DNA of 64,000 nt from contig JBIOTN010000175.1 of the NCBI GenBank assembly GCA_044866005.1, forward strand, positions 6,330 to 70,329, given 5' to 3'. Numbering within the stretch: the stretch's first letter is position 1; each line of letters starts with the position of its first letter. The position numbers were made by a program, and so were the translations under genes. The DNA comes from Candidatus Rokuibacteriota bacterium (GTDB lineage: Bacteria; Methylomirabilota; Methylomirabilia; Rokubacteriales; DASRDR01). Positions 8,898-18,266 of this stretch are shown piece after piece. The notes beneath the pieces were generated by a model. The model searched no databases and was not told where the DNA came from. It saw only the letters and a program-made list of their open reading frames with translations.

Positions 8898-11651
8898 ATG
8901 GCCTCCCCGCCTCCGCCCGCCGGCGCCGCCCGGGTCGGGATCGCTTCGACGTTCCGCGCCGGACGCCTCTTCCGCGTCGCACTCGCGGTCACCGCCCTCG
9001 GCCTCGCGATCCGTCTGGGCGCCGCCGTCACCGCGCCGATCTGGTTCGACGAGGCGACGGTCGGGCTCATGGGCCGCCACGTCCTGCGGGGGGACTTCCC
9101 GTGGTTCTTCTACGGCCAGACGTTCATGGGCGCGGCGGAGGCGTACCTCCACGCCATCCCCTTCGCCCTGTGGGGCGCCTCGGAGACGACCTTGCGCCTG
9201 TGGCCGGTGACCCTGTCGCTCGTCCACGCCGCGCTCGTCGGCCTCCTGGCACGGCGCCTCTTCGGGATGGGGCGCTTCGCCGCCCTGCTGGCCATCGTCC
9301 CCCCGCCGTTCCTCCTCAAGTGGGCGTACGACGCCCGGCTCCACTACGACGCGATCCTCGTCTTCACGCCGCTCCTCCTCCTGCTCGGCCTCGTCGTGCT
9401 CGACGCGGCCCGGACGCCGGCCGAGCGGAGCCGCGCGCTCCTGGTCTTCGCCGTCGTCGCCGGGATCGGATGGTGGATCAACCTGCTGCTCTCGCTCCTC
9501 CCCGCGGCGCTCGCGGTGGCGCTCCTCCTCGTCCGGCCACGGCTGCACCCCTCGGCCTGGGCCGCGCCCCTGGGGTTCCTCGCGGGGAGCGCGCCCTTCT
9601 GGCTCTTCTCGCTGGCTCACGGTCGGCTGGCCCTGGGCACGGCGCGGCTCGTCTCGGCGCCCGATCTGGCCGACCACGGGCGGGAGCTCGTCCTGCACGC
9701 CCTGCCGATCGTCCTGGGTCTCCCCGCGCGATGGCTCCCCGGCCTGCCGCGCCCCGGCCTGGCCGTGGCCGGCGTCGGCCTCGTCCTCGCCGCCGCCGTC
9801 GTGGCGCTCGGCGATCGCCGCGCCCGGGCGGGCGGCCGGCTCCTCCTGGCGACGCTCGTGGCGCTGACGGTCGCCTCCGTGCTGGCCACCGAGCACGGGC
9901 GGAACCTCGCGACCGAAGACCCGCGCTACCTGCTGCCCCTGGTCGCCGTCCTGCCCGTGCTGGTGGGCGGGGCCCTGGCGCGCCTTCATCGCGTCTCGCC
10001 CGTCGTGGCCGGCGCCGCCGCGCTCCTGCTCGTCCTGTCGAACGGCGCCGGCCTCATCACGCGCTACTCGTTCCTCGTCTCGCCCGCGAGGTGGCAGGCG
10101 TACCGGCTCTCCGTGCTCGGCCCGGCGCAGCGCGTGGCCTTCATGCGCGCGCGCGGGCTTACCGCGCTCTACACCCACGACCCGGACGTCCTCACCTTCG
10201 TGAGCGGCGAGCGGGCGAGCGTCTCCCACTTTTACCTGGAGTCCTACCCACCGCTGGCGCGGCACGTGGACGGCGCCGAACGCGTCGCCTACTTCTCGCA
10301 GGACCCGCCGGCCGGCTTCGCCGAGAGCCTGACGGCCGCCGGCATCCGGTTCGCGCGCATGCGCTCCCCGCTCGGGACCCTCTACACCGAGTTCACCCTC
10401 GAGCACGCCGACTACCGGGAGATCCCGCGAGAGCGGCTCGTCGCGACGGCCTCGGACCGTCCCCGGAGCGCCGCGCACGCCCTCGATCGCGACGCCGCGA
10501 CGCGCTGGGACAGCGGCGGGCCGGCGCGCGCCGGGACGTGGTTCCAGGTCGACCTCGGGCGGATCCACCCGATCGGCATGCTGGCGTGGCTTCCGGGCGG
10601 ATTCCAGGAAGTGCCCGCCGGCTTCCGCGTCGAGGCCTCGGCGGACGGCGAGGCCTGGACGACCGTCCGCGAGGCGGCGCCGTACTACGGACCGCTCTAC
10701 TGGTCCGGCGCCCATCCCCTGGGCCGCGTCCGGTGGGGCCGCGTCGAGGTGCGCTTTCCGAGCATATGGGCCCGCCATCTCAGGATCACGCACCTGGGCG
10801 AGCAGCAGCGCTTCCCCTGGAGCATCCGCGAGCTCTCCGTCTACGAGGCCCTGCCCGCGCTCACCGCGGTCCGGCCCGCCGACGTCGGCGCGACCGCCGC
10901 CGCGCTCCGTCGCGCCGGGATCGAGCGCGTCTACGCCGACCACGGCGTGGGCGCCCGGCTCGCGGCGGCCGCCGGGCAGGCCCTCGCCCTCCAGCCGGCG
11001 AACCTTCGCGTCGACGCCTACGGCTGGAGTCCCGCGCCGAACGAGCTGCCGCTCTTCCGGCCGCACGCCGACACGGCCCTCGTCCACCCCGTCGGGCTCG
11101 CCTCGGCCGAGTCGATCCAGGCCATGCTCCGGGACGCGGGCTGGACCTTCGCCGTCGAGGAGGTCGGCGGCCACCGGATCCTGAGCCGCTTCACGCCCGG
11201 CGCGCTGCCGGCGGGTGGCAGCGCCCCGCGCATCGCCCGGGTCGTCGCGTCGACCGCCGGGGCCGACGCCGCGGCCGTCCTCGACGGGCAGCCCGCGACC
11301 CGGTGGACCACCGCCGGACCGCAGCGCCCGGGCGCCTGGCTGCGGGTCGAGCTCGCGGAGCCGGCCCGGGTCGCGGGGCTCGTGCTCGAGCTCGGCCCGT
11401 TCCGCACCGACTATCCCCGGGGCCTGGTGGTCGAGAGCTCGGCGGACGGCCTCGGCTGGGACCCCGTGCGCGCCGACCTCCTGCTGCTCGGGCCGCTCCG
11501 GTGGACGGGCACGCACCTCCTCCGGGACGGGGTCGATCGCGTGCTCCTGCGCTTCGTGCCGCGACGGACCCGCGCGCTCCGGCTGACCTTGACGGGCCAG
11601 GATCCGGTTTTCGACTGGTCGGTCGCGGAGCTCCGGCTCTTCGGCGGCTGA
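8898..11651 (+). CDS. ArnT/PMT-like GT-C glycosyltransferase fused to two F5/8 type C domains, paralog C
   Basis: ORF 8886..11651. The TM domain carries the FDEA loop motif. The C-terminus has two discoidin-like modules ([26 protein letters not shown] and [26 protein letters not shown]). It is divergent from the GT2 gene at 8835. The start is ATG 8886 or 8898. Confidence 0.8.
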   Translation: MASPPPPAGAARVGIASTFRAGRLFRVALAVTALGLAIRLGAAVTAPIWFDEATVGLMGRHVLRGDFPWFFYGQTFMGAAEAYLHAIPFALWGASETTLRLWPVTLSLVHAALVGLLARRLFGMGRFAALLAIVPPPFLLKWAYDARLHYDAILVFTPLLLLLGLVVLDAARTPAERSRALLVFAVVAGIGWWINLLLSLLPAALAVALLLVRPRLHPSAWAAPLGFLAGSAPFWLFSLAHGRLALGTARLVSAPDLADHGRELVLHALPIVLGLPARWLPGLPRPGLAVAGVGLVLAAAVVALGDRRARAGGRLLLATLVALTVASVLATEHGRNLATEDPRYLLPLVAVLPVLVGGALARLHRVSPVVAGAAALLLVLSNGAGLITRYSFLVSPARWQAYRLSVLGPAQRVAFMRARGLTALYTHDPDVLTFVSGERASVSHFYLESYPPLARHVDGAERVAYFSQDPPAGFAESLTAAGIRFARMRSPLGTLYTEFTLEHADYREIPRERLVATASDRPRSAAHALDRDAATRWDSGGPARAGTWFQVDLGRIHPIGMLAWLPGGFQEVPAGFRVEASADGEAWTTVREAAPYYGPLYWSGAHPLGRVRWGRVEVRFPSIWARHLRITHLGEQQRFPWSIRELSVYEALPALTAVRPADVGATAAALRRAGIERVYADHGVGARLAAAAGQALALQPANLRVDAYGWSPAPNELPLFRPHADTALVHPVGLASAESIQAMLRDAGWTFAVEEVGGHRILSRFTPGALPAGGSAPRIARVVASTAGADAAAVLDGQPATRWTTAGPQRPGAWLRVELAEPARVAGLVLELGPFRTDYPRGLVVESSADGLGWDPVRADLLLLGPLRWTGTHLLRDGVDRVLLRFVPRRTRALRLTLTGQDPVFDWSVAELRLFGG

Positions 11652-11737
11652 ACGCCCCGCGCCCGCACGACCCGTCGGCGAAGCCTGAGGCCCGGACACG
11701 CTGCCGTTTTCCGGCCGCCGGCCCGCCCGGGGGCCGC

Positions 11738-11746
11738 TGGTATAAT
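11738..11746 (+). promoter_or_regulatory. extended -10 promoter element TGgTATAAT
   Basis: Exact TGnTATAAT, 25 nt upstream of ATG 11771, in an otherwise ~75% GC context. Confidence 0.45.
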
Positions 11747-11770
11747 GCCCCGGTGGACGCGGGACCTTCC

Positions 11771-13192
11771 ATGCGGCTGTCCGTCGTCGTGCCGGTCTAC
11801 AACGAGCGGCTCACGCTGCCCGAGATCCTCGAGCGGATCCAGGCGGTCACGATCCCCAAGGAGATCGTGATCGTCGACGACGGCTCCACGGACGGGACCC
11901 GCGAGATGCTCCGGCAGCTCGAGGCCGAGCTCGATGCGGCCCGGCGGGCCGGCACGTTCGACGAGAAGAACGAGATCCGGGTCTTCTACCAGGAGACGAA
12001 CCAGGGAAAGGGCGCGGCGCTTCGCCGGGGGTTTGCCGAGGCGCGGGGCGACATCGTCCTGGTGCAGGACGCCGACCTCGAGTACGACCCCCGCGAATAT
12101 CCCAAGCTCATCGCCCCCATCCTCGACGGCAAGGCCGACGCGGTCTACGGCTCCCGCTTCATGGGCTTTCCCCGCCGGGTCCTCTTCTTCTGGCACCACC
12201 TGGCCAACAAGTTCCTCACGCTCGCCTCGAACGTGGCCACCAACCTGAACCTGACCGACATGGAGACGGGCTACAAGGCCTTCCGGGCGGACATCATCAA
12301 GAGCATTCCGATCCGCTCGAACCGGTTCGGGGTCGAGCCCGAGGTGACGGCGAAGCTCGCGAAGCTGCGCGCCCGGATCTACGAGGTCCCCATCTCGTAC
12401 GCCGGCCGCGGGTACTGGGAAGGGAAGAAGATCCGCTGGACCGACGGCGTGGCGGCGCTCTGGACCATCCTGAAGTACGTGGTCGTGGACGACCAGGACA
12501 ACGCCGACCCGGGATACCAGACGCTCCTGCGCCTGGGGCGCGCCGAGCGCTACAACCGCTGGATGTTCGGCCAGCTCCAGCCCTACCTGGGGCAGCGGGT
12601 CCTGGAGATCGGCGCGGGGATCGGGACCCTGACCCGCTACCTGGTCGGGCGCGACCTCGTCCTCGTCAGCGAGCTGAACCCGCGCTACGTGCGGATCCTG
12701 GCCAACACCTTCGAGCGCCACACGCGCGTCCACGTGCTGCCGCTGGACCTCGAAGGCTTCGACCCCGCGGCGCTGCGGACCCACCGGCTCGACACCATCG
12801 TCTGCCTCAACGTCCTCGAGCACGTGCAGGACGACCGCGGGGCGCTCCGGCGGCTCCACGAGAGCCTGGTCCCGGGCGGGCGGCTCGTGCTCCTCGTGCC
12901 GGCGCACCGGCGGCTCCACGGCGCCATCGACGAGGCGCTCGGTCACCACCGGCGCTACGAGCGGGCGGAGCTCGCGGCCCGGCTTCAGGAGGCCGGCTTC
13001 CAGGTCGAGCGCCTCGCCTTCTTCAACCGGCTCGGCGTGCTGGGCTGGTACCTGAACAGCGTCCTGCTGCGCCGGAGCCGCGTCCCGGGACTCCAGGTGC
13101 GGCTCCAGAACCTGCTCGTCCCGGTCCTGCGCGCCGAGGGGGCCCTCTCGCTGCCCTTCGGCCTCTCCCTGATCGGCGTGGGGCGGACGTAG
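11771..13192 (+). CDS. bifunctional GT2 (Dpm1-like) / class I SAM-dependent methyltransferase fusion
   Basis: N-terminus [19 protein letters not shown]...[11 protein letters not shown]...[10 protein letters not shown] is a GT2. The C-terminus [14 protein letters not shown]...[10 protein letters not shown] is the Rossmann-fold methyltransferase motif I. This is the real C-terminal part of track ORF 9101..13192. Confidence 0.85.
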   Translation: MRLSVVVPVYNERLTLPEILERIQAVTIPKEIVIVDDGSTDGTREMLRQLEAELDAARRAGTFDEKNEIRVFYQETNQGKGAALRRGFAEARGDIVLVQDADLEYDPREYPKLIAPILDGKADAVYGSRFMGFPRRVLFFWHHLANKFLTLASNVATNLNLTDMETGYKAFRADIIKSIPIRSNRFGVEPEVTAKLAKLRARIYEVPISYAGRGYWEGKKIRWTDGVAALWTILKYVVVDDQDNADPGYQTLLRLGRAERYNRWMFGQLQPYLGQRVLEIGAGIGTLTRYLVGRDLVLVSELNPRYVRILANTFERHTRVHVLPLDLEGFDPAALRTHRLDTIVCLNVLEHVQDDRGALRRLHESLVPGGRLVLLVPAHRRLHGAIDEALGHHRRYERAELAARLQEAGFQVERLAFFNRLGVLGWYLNSVLLRRSRVPGLQVRLQNLLVPVLRAEGALSLPFGLSLIGVGRT

Positions 13193-13196
13193 CGGC

Positions 13197-13886
13197 GTGG
13201 CCTCCCCGCTCGCGCACGGGCTGGCCGGGGCCGTCGTGTACGCCGCGCTCACGCCGCGCAGCGCGACGGCGTGGGACTGGCGGCCCTGGGCGCTCGCGGC
13301 GTTCGCGGGGGCGGCGGCGGACCTGGACTTCCTGCCGGGCCTGGTCGTCGGCCATCCCAACCGCTACCACCACTGGGCCACGCACAGCCTGCTCGCCGCC
13401 GTCGCCTTCGCCCTGGTCGTGGGCGCCGTGGCGTCCCCGGCGCTCGGCTCGCTCCGCCGCCGGGCGAGCGTGCTCGGCCTCGCCTACCTCTCGCACCTCG
13501 GGCTCGACGTCCTCACCGCGCACGTGCGGGTCCAGGGCATCCCGCTCTTCTGGCCGCTCTCCGACCGCGTCTTCATCGCGCCGGTCAGCGTCTTCTGGCA
13601 CGTCCGGCACGGCCACGGCTGGGCGGCCTTCGTGAACTGGCACAACGTGGGGGCGGTCCTCCTCGAAGCGCTCCTCGTCGGCATCCCCGTCGCCCTCGTC
13701 CTCGCCTGGCGCGCCATGCGCGAGACCCGCGACGCAACAGCGCCGGCTTTCCCCGGGGGGAGGCAGGCCCGATCCGTTCGCCGCCACGGCCGGGACTCCG
13801 TCCCGGCCGCCAATCGATCAGAACGGCCGCGGCTCAGGCCCGGAGGGCCGTCGGAGGGGGGCAACGCCCCCCTCCGAAGCGTATGA
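13197..13886 (+). CDS. membrane-bound metal-dependent hydrolase (DUF457/YdjM-like)
   Basis: Multi-TM protein with conserved His clusters (HPNRYHHWATHS, HLGLDVLTAH). GTG start lies 4 nt after the preceding TAG. Confidence 0.65.
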   Translation: MASPLAHGLAGAVVYAALTPRSATAWDWRPWALAAFAGAAADLDFLPGLVVGHPNRYHHWATHSLLAAVAFALVVGAVASPALGSLRRRASVLGLAYLSHLGLDVLTAHVRVQGIPLFWPLSDRVFIAPVSVFWHVRHGHGWAAFVNWHNVGAVLLEALLVGIPVALVLAWRAMRETRDATAPAFPGGRQARSVRRHGRDSVPAANRSERPRLRPGGPSEGGNAPLRSV

Positions 13887-14851
13887 GGCGCTGGAAGCTC
13901 TGGCTCGGGATCGCGGTGAGCGCGGGGCTCCTCTACCTCGCCGGGCGCGGGGTCGAGCTGGAGGAGCTCCAGCGCTCGCTCGGCGAGGTCCGGACGGCGT
14001 GGCTCGTCCCGGTGCTCGCCAGCATCCTTGTCCGCTTCTGGCTCACGGCGCTGCGCTGGCGGATGCTCCTCCGGCCGATCAAGGCGATCGCGGTGCACCG
14101 GCTCTTCGGCGTCACCATGATCGGCTTCATGGCGAACAACGTGCTGCCGGCGCGCATGGGCGAGTTCGTCCGGGCCTACGCGCTCGGGAAGTCGGAGTCG
14201 CTCTCCAAGTCGCTCTCGTTCGCCACCATCGTCCTGGAGCGCGTGTTCGACGGCTTCACGCTGCTCGCCTTCCTCCTGGTCGGCGTCCTCGCCCGCCGGC
14301 CGGAGCCCTGGCTCGTCTGGTCGGCGGTCGGCTCCTTCTGCCTCTACCTGGGCGTGCTGGGCGGACTGCTCTGGTTACGGCACGGGCGCGGCCTCGGCGC
14401 GCTGCTGGCGTGGCTGCCGGAGGCCCTCCGCCGCCGGGCGGCCGGGCCCCTCGATTCGTTCACGCTCGGGCTCGACGTCTTGAACGACGGCCGGGCGCTC
14501 GGGCTCGTGGCCCTGCTCTCGCTCGGGATCTGGCTCGTCAACGTCGCGGGCTTCTACGCGATGTTCCTGGCCTTCTCGCTGGATCTCCCGCTCGACGCGG
14601 CGTTCCTCGTCCTCGCCATCATCGCGGTCGCGCTGGTCATCCCCTCGACGCCCGGCTACGTGGGGCCCTTCCAGGCGGGAACGGTGCTCGGGCTCGCCCT
14701 CTTCGCGGTGCCGAAGGCCACGGCGCTGTCGCTCTCCATCGTCTACCACGCCGTCAACTACGTCCCCATCACCCTCATCGGTCTCGCCTACCTGGGGGTC
14801 ATGAACCTGACGCTCGGCGAGCTCCGCGCGGCGGGGGAGAAGGTCTCGTGA
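13883..14851 (+). CDS. flippase-like TM protein (UPF0104 / MprF C-terminal-like)
   Basis: MRRWKLWLGIAVSAGLLYLAG..., 8 predicted TM helices. The ATG overlaps the upstream stop as ATGA. It is the real part of ORF 13271..14851. Confidence 0.8.
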   Translation: MRRWKLWLGIAVSAGLLYLAGRGVELEELQRSLGEVRTAWLVPVLASILVRFWLTALRWRMLLRPIKAIAVHRLFGVTMIGFMANNVLPARMGEFVRAYALGKSESLSKSLSFATIVLERVFDGFTLLAFLLVGVLARRPEPWLVWSAVGSFCLYLGVLGGLLWLRHGRGLGALLAWLPEALRRRAAGPLDSFTLGLDVLNDGRALGLVALLSLGIWLVNVAGFYAMFLAFSLDLPLDAAFLVLAIIAVALVIPSTPGYVGPFQAGTVLGLALFAVPKATALSLSIVYHAVNYVPITLIGLAYLGVMNLTLGELRAAGEKVS

Positions 14852-15837
14852 GCGGGCCGGCGGGACGGCCGCCGGACGTGGCCGGCATGGTGTCGATCGT
14901 CGTCCCCGTCTACAACGAGGCGCAGAACGTCGGCCCGTTGCTGGAGAGCGTGCGCGACGTGCTCGACGGGCTCGGCCGCCCCTGGGAGCTGATCGTCGTG
15001 GACGACGGCTCGACCGACGACACGGCGGCGCGGCTGCGGGAGCTGACGGCGCGGGTGCCGGCGCTCCGGGTGGTGCGCCTGCGGTCGAACTTCGGGCAGT
15101 CGGCCGCGCTGGCGGCGGGATTCGACCTGGCGCGGGGCGAATTCGTCGTCACGATGGACGGGGACCGCCAGAACGACCCGGCCGACATCCCGCGGCTCCT
15201 GGACGAGCTCAAGGACGGCTACGACGTCGTGAGCGGATGGCGGCGGGAGCGGCGAGACCCCTTCTGGTCGCGGCGCGTCCCCTCCCGCCTGGCGAACGCG
15301 CTCATCTCCTGGATCACCGGGGTGCGCCTCCACGACTACGGCTGCGCGCTCAAGGTCTACCGGCGCGAGATCCTCCGCGACATCCAGCTCTACGGGGAGA
15401 TGCACCGGTTCCTCCCCGCGCTCGCCCGCTGGGTGGGCGCGACGGTCGGCGAGGTTCCCGTCACGCACTGGCCGCGACGGAGCGGCGTCTCGAAGTACGG
15501 GATCGGACGGACGGTCCGCGTGCTGCTCGATCTCCTGACCGTGAAGTTCCTGATGAGCTACTGGACGCGACCGATCCAGATCTTCGGCCTCCTGGGCCTC
15601 GCGGTGGGCGGGAGCGGGATGCTGCTGGCCGTGGTCCTCTCGTATCAAAGGATCGTCCAGGGCGTGCCGCTGGCGAACCGGCCGATCCTGCTGCTGGCCG
15701 TGCTGCTCGTCGTCGTGGGCGCGCAGTTCGTGGGCATCGGCCTTCTCGGAGAGATGATGGTCCGCACCTATCACGAGTCCCAGCGGAAGCCCGTCTACAG
15801 CGTGCGAGAGATCGTCTCCGGCGAGGACCGCCCGTGA
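14848..15837 (+). CDS. GT2 polyprenol-phosphate glycosyltransferase (GtrB/CsbB/ArnC-like) with C-terminal 2-TM anchor
   Basis: MVSIVVPVYNEAQNV...LIVVDDGSTDDT...TMDGDRQNDP, with C-terminal TM helices. GTG 14848 overlaps the upstream stop (GTGA) and follows the RBS GGGGGAGAAGG. ATG 14887 is the alternative start. Confidence 0.85.
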   Translation: MSGPAGRPPDVAGMVSIVVPVYNEAQNVGPLLESVRDVLDGLGRPWELIVVDDGSTDDTAARLRELTARVPALRVVRLRSNFGQSAALAAGFDLARGEFVVTMDGDRQNDPADIPRLLDELKDGYDVVSGWRRERRDPFWSRRVPSRLANALISWITGVRLHDYGCALKVYRREILRDIQLYGEMHRFLPALARWVGATVGEVPVTHWPRRSGVSKYGIGRTVRVLLDLLTVKFLMSYWTRPIQIFGLLGLAVGGSGMLLAVVLSYQRIVQGVPLANRPILLLAVLLVVVGAQFVGIGLLGEMMVRTYHESQRKPVYSVREIVSGEDRP

Positions 15838-16613
15838 AGACCGGGCCTGCCGGCCGGACGGGGGCGCGCGGCCTCCTCCTCCTGGCCGTCGTGCTGGCCC
15901 TCGCCGCCTGCGGCGGCAGCAGCAGCAAGACGACGGGGCCCAATGCCCCGACGAGCTTCAACTTCGGGTCGAACGATCCCCGGCGCGCCACCGCCTTCGG
16001 GGACAGCATCACGGTCGGCGTCCTCGACCTGCGGGTCCGGGGGAACCTCACCACGAGCAGCAACTACCCCGCCGTCCTCCAGGGGATGCTCCAGGGCCTG
16101 GACCCCGCCTGGCGCGTCGTCAACCGGGGCGTGGGCGGCGAGCGGACGGCGGGCGGGTTTCGGCGGTTTTCCAGCGTGCTGGCCGCCGACCACCCGGGGT
16201 TCGTGCTCATCATGGAAGGGACGAACGACGCCTCGGAGGAGGACGATCCCGCCTTCATCGCCGCGAACCTCGACGCGATGGTGGGGCAGGCGCAGGACAA
16301 TCACACGATCCCGATCCTCGGCACGATCCCGCCGAACTTCCGGAACGATCCGCAGGCCCGCGCGATCATCGACGAGGCGAACGTGCTCATCCGGAACATC
16401 GCGCAGGCGCGCGGCATCGTCCTCGCGGAGATCTTCAACGGGATGAACGATCGCACGCTCTTCGGCATCGCGCCCGACCGGGACCCCATCCACCCCAACG
16501 AGCGCGGCTACGGGGTCATGGCGGGCATCTGGTTCAGTGCGATGCGGCAGGCCATCCCGCCGTCGGCGGCGCCGCCGCCCATGGCCCAGAAGCAGCGTCG
16601 GGCCCGGCGGTAG
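15834..16613 (+). CDS. SGNH/GDSL hydrolase-family lipoprotein
   Basis: Signal peptide plus lipobox LALAAC. GDSI motif (AFGDSITVG) and C-terminal DxxH (DPIHPNERG). GTG 15834 overlaps the upstream TGA (GTGA). Confidence 0.8.
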   Translation: MKTGPAGRTGARGLLLLAVVLALAACGGSSSKTTGPNAPTSFNFGSNDPRRATAFGDSITVGVLDLRVRGNLTTSSNYPAVLQGMLQGLDPAWRVVNRGVGGERTAGGFRRFSSVLAADHPGFVLIMEGTNDASEEDDPAFIAANLDAMVGQAQDNHTIPILGTIPPNFRNDPQARAIIDEANVLIRNIAQARGIVLAEIFNGMNDRTLFGIAPDRDPIHPNERGYGVMAGIWFSAMRQAIPPSAAPPPMAQKQRRARR

Positions 16614-17266
16614 GTCTTCAGCCGCAGCCCTCGACCCCGAACGCCACGCTGGTCGACACAACCGACGGGACGCGAAGCCTACTCACTGACGCCATCGACT
16701 CCACGCTCGCGCTGACGGACGCGGGCGCCGCCGTCGCGACCGAGTACACCTACGAGCCCTTCGGCGCCACCACGGTGACGGGCGCACCTTCGACGAGCCC
16801 GGCCCAGTTCACCGGCCGCGAGGACGACGGGACCGGGCTCTACTACTATCGGGCCCGGTACTACCACCCTTCCCTGCAACGATTCGTCAGCGAGGATTCC
16901 CATGTGGTCCCGGTGTACTGGGTGTGTTCTGGCGGACCCGATGTCGGGGGGCGCGTCCGGGTTCTTGTCTCAAACGATCCACGGGAGTTCAATCTGTACA
17001 TGTACGCATTGAACAGTCCCACCGGCTTCGTGGATCGCCACGGCCTTCAGGCAACGCGTCCCTGGGACACGTGTCGACCGTGTCCAGCCGTGCCGAACTG
17101 CACCCTATTCGAGGTCTCAGAGTTCAGCCTACCGGTCGCGCCCGGCATACCCTTCTTCAACTACTGGCGGCTGTGCGTCTACGGCTGTTGGGAGCGAAAG
17201 AGGGGCATCTACAAGCACGAAGAGCCGATCCTCTGCGGAGTCGGACCGACTCCCCTGCAGCCTTGA
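16614..17266 (+). pseudogene. orphan Rhs core C-terminal fragment plus C-terminal toxin (CT) domain, lacking the N-terminal body
   Basis: The frame translates to ...YTYEPFGATTVTGAPSTSPAQFTGREDDGTGLYYYRARYYHPSLQRFVSEDS...NLYMYALNSPTGFVDRHGL. This is the hallmark end of the Rhs repeat-associated core (PxxxxDPxGL), followed by a 73-aa Cys-rich tail. The frame opens directly after the GDSL gene stop, so no upstream Rhs body exists. GC content falls across this region. Confidence 0.65.
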
Positions 17267-17300
17267 GGCGGCGGCTCTGGCAAGCGGCAGAGGGCAAACA

Positions 17301-18266
17301 ATGAGGCGTGTTAAGCAGACCGCGACCGTCCTGCTTGCAGGAATCGGAATGTGGTGGGTGGCTGGGCATGCCACAGCATCTTCTGATGACCTTCTCTCCT
17401 GCAAGATGGCGCAGAAGGTGCCACCGGTTCACTGGATCCCCCTGAACAGGGGAGATCACCTGCAACTCGGTCCCTATGACGCCCTGCTGACCTGCCGCGG
17501 GTCGCATGCTGTGTTCCGAGCAACGCGACCGTTTGGTCTTCGCATAGCTTGGGAGCAAGACGGGACCTCGGTGATCGGCACGATCGGTGAAGAGCATTTC
17601 GTGACGGTCCGAGCCATTCCCGGGGAGTCTCGGCCAGGCGTCCAGATCGAAGTGCTGGACGTCGTAGGCCAGGTCTTCTATTCCCGCGATCGACGAGAGA
17701 TTCGTCGGGCTTTGGTGGCGGAATCCCGGAGTGGGCCCTTTAACGAGGATAGTGAAGGCGAGGACAGGCGCTACGAAGACCTGGTGCAGCTCGGGTGGCG
17801 AACCCTGTCGATGAACGACAGGCTCGGCCCGTGGGACATGATTTGGACGCAGGCTGATGGCAGGCTCGAGGTCGAATTTGAGGGCCCAAATAACCGGATC
17901 GGCGTCTACAACGACGTGCTTGATGGACAGGCTCGCCCCACTGGCAAGGTGCGATTCCGCCCCAACGAATTCTGGGTCGTGGTACCGGGCTATTTCTCTG
18001 ACGCCAGGGTGAACAAGATCATCGGCGAGGTGTGGATCGCCACCGATCGCGCAAGGGTGGAGAGCTTCTTCCAGAAGTATCGGACCCATCACCTTTGGAG
18101 CCAATTCCCCAGCCCAGCCGAGAAGCGGGCCTGGTACTCAGAGTTGGAAGAGAGGCGGAAGCTAGACCCCGGCGGCGCTTACCAGGTATGGCAGCAGGTC
18201 CTCAAGGAGTCCGAGAAGGCGAAACGAGAGTGGGAGCGGATGCTCAGGAGCGATGTGCTGGAATGA
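17301..18266 (+). CDS. hypothetical secreted protein (candidate immunity/cargo protein of the Rhs-CT islet)
   Basis: ATG follows the RBS GAGGG and lies 35 nt after the Rhs-CT stop. N-terminal signal peptide (MRRVKQTATVLLAGIGMWWVAGHA). Local GC is about 55% against about 72% background. No recognisable domain. Confidence 0.6.
   Translation: MRRVKQTATVLLAGIGMWWVAGHATASSDDLLSCKMAQKVPPVHWIPLNRGDHLQLGPYDALLTCRGSHAVFRATRPFGLRIAWEQDGTSVIGTIGEEHFVTVRAIPGESRPGVQIEVLDVVGQVFYSRDRREIRRALVAESRSGPFNEDSEGEDRRYEDLVQLGWRTLSMNDRLGPWDMIWTQADGRLEVEFEGPNNRIGVYNDVLDGQARPTGKVRFRPNEFWVVVPGYFSDARVNKIIGEVWIATDRARVESFFQKYRTHHLWSQFPSPAEKRAWYSELEERRKLDPGGAYQVWQQVLKESEKAKREWERMLRSDVLE

Noticed and set aside
9101-11770. 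N-terminal extensions of track ORFs 9101..13192, 13271..14851, 13999..15837, 15237..16613, 44297..49246, 55515..56915, 57484..59190 and 58452..59891
   Set aside because: The upstream parts overlap other real genes in another frame and are low-complexity. The real genes begin at internal ATG/GTG codons, often overlapping the previous stop as ATGA/GTGA.
16775-17266. Track ORF 16775..17266 as an independent small gene starting at GTG
   Set aside because: The Rhs-homologous frame continues upstream to the GDSL stop at 16613 with typical Rhs repeat sequence. It is therefore a fragment of a larger Rhs coding frame, not a stand-alone 163-aa gene.
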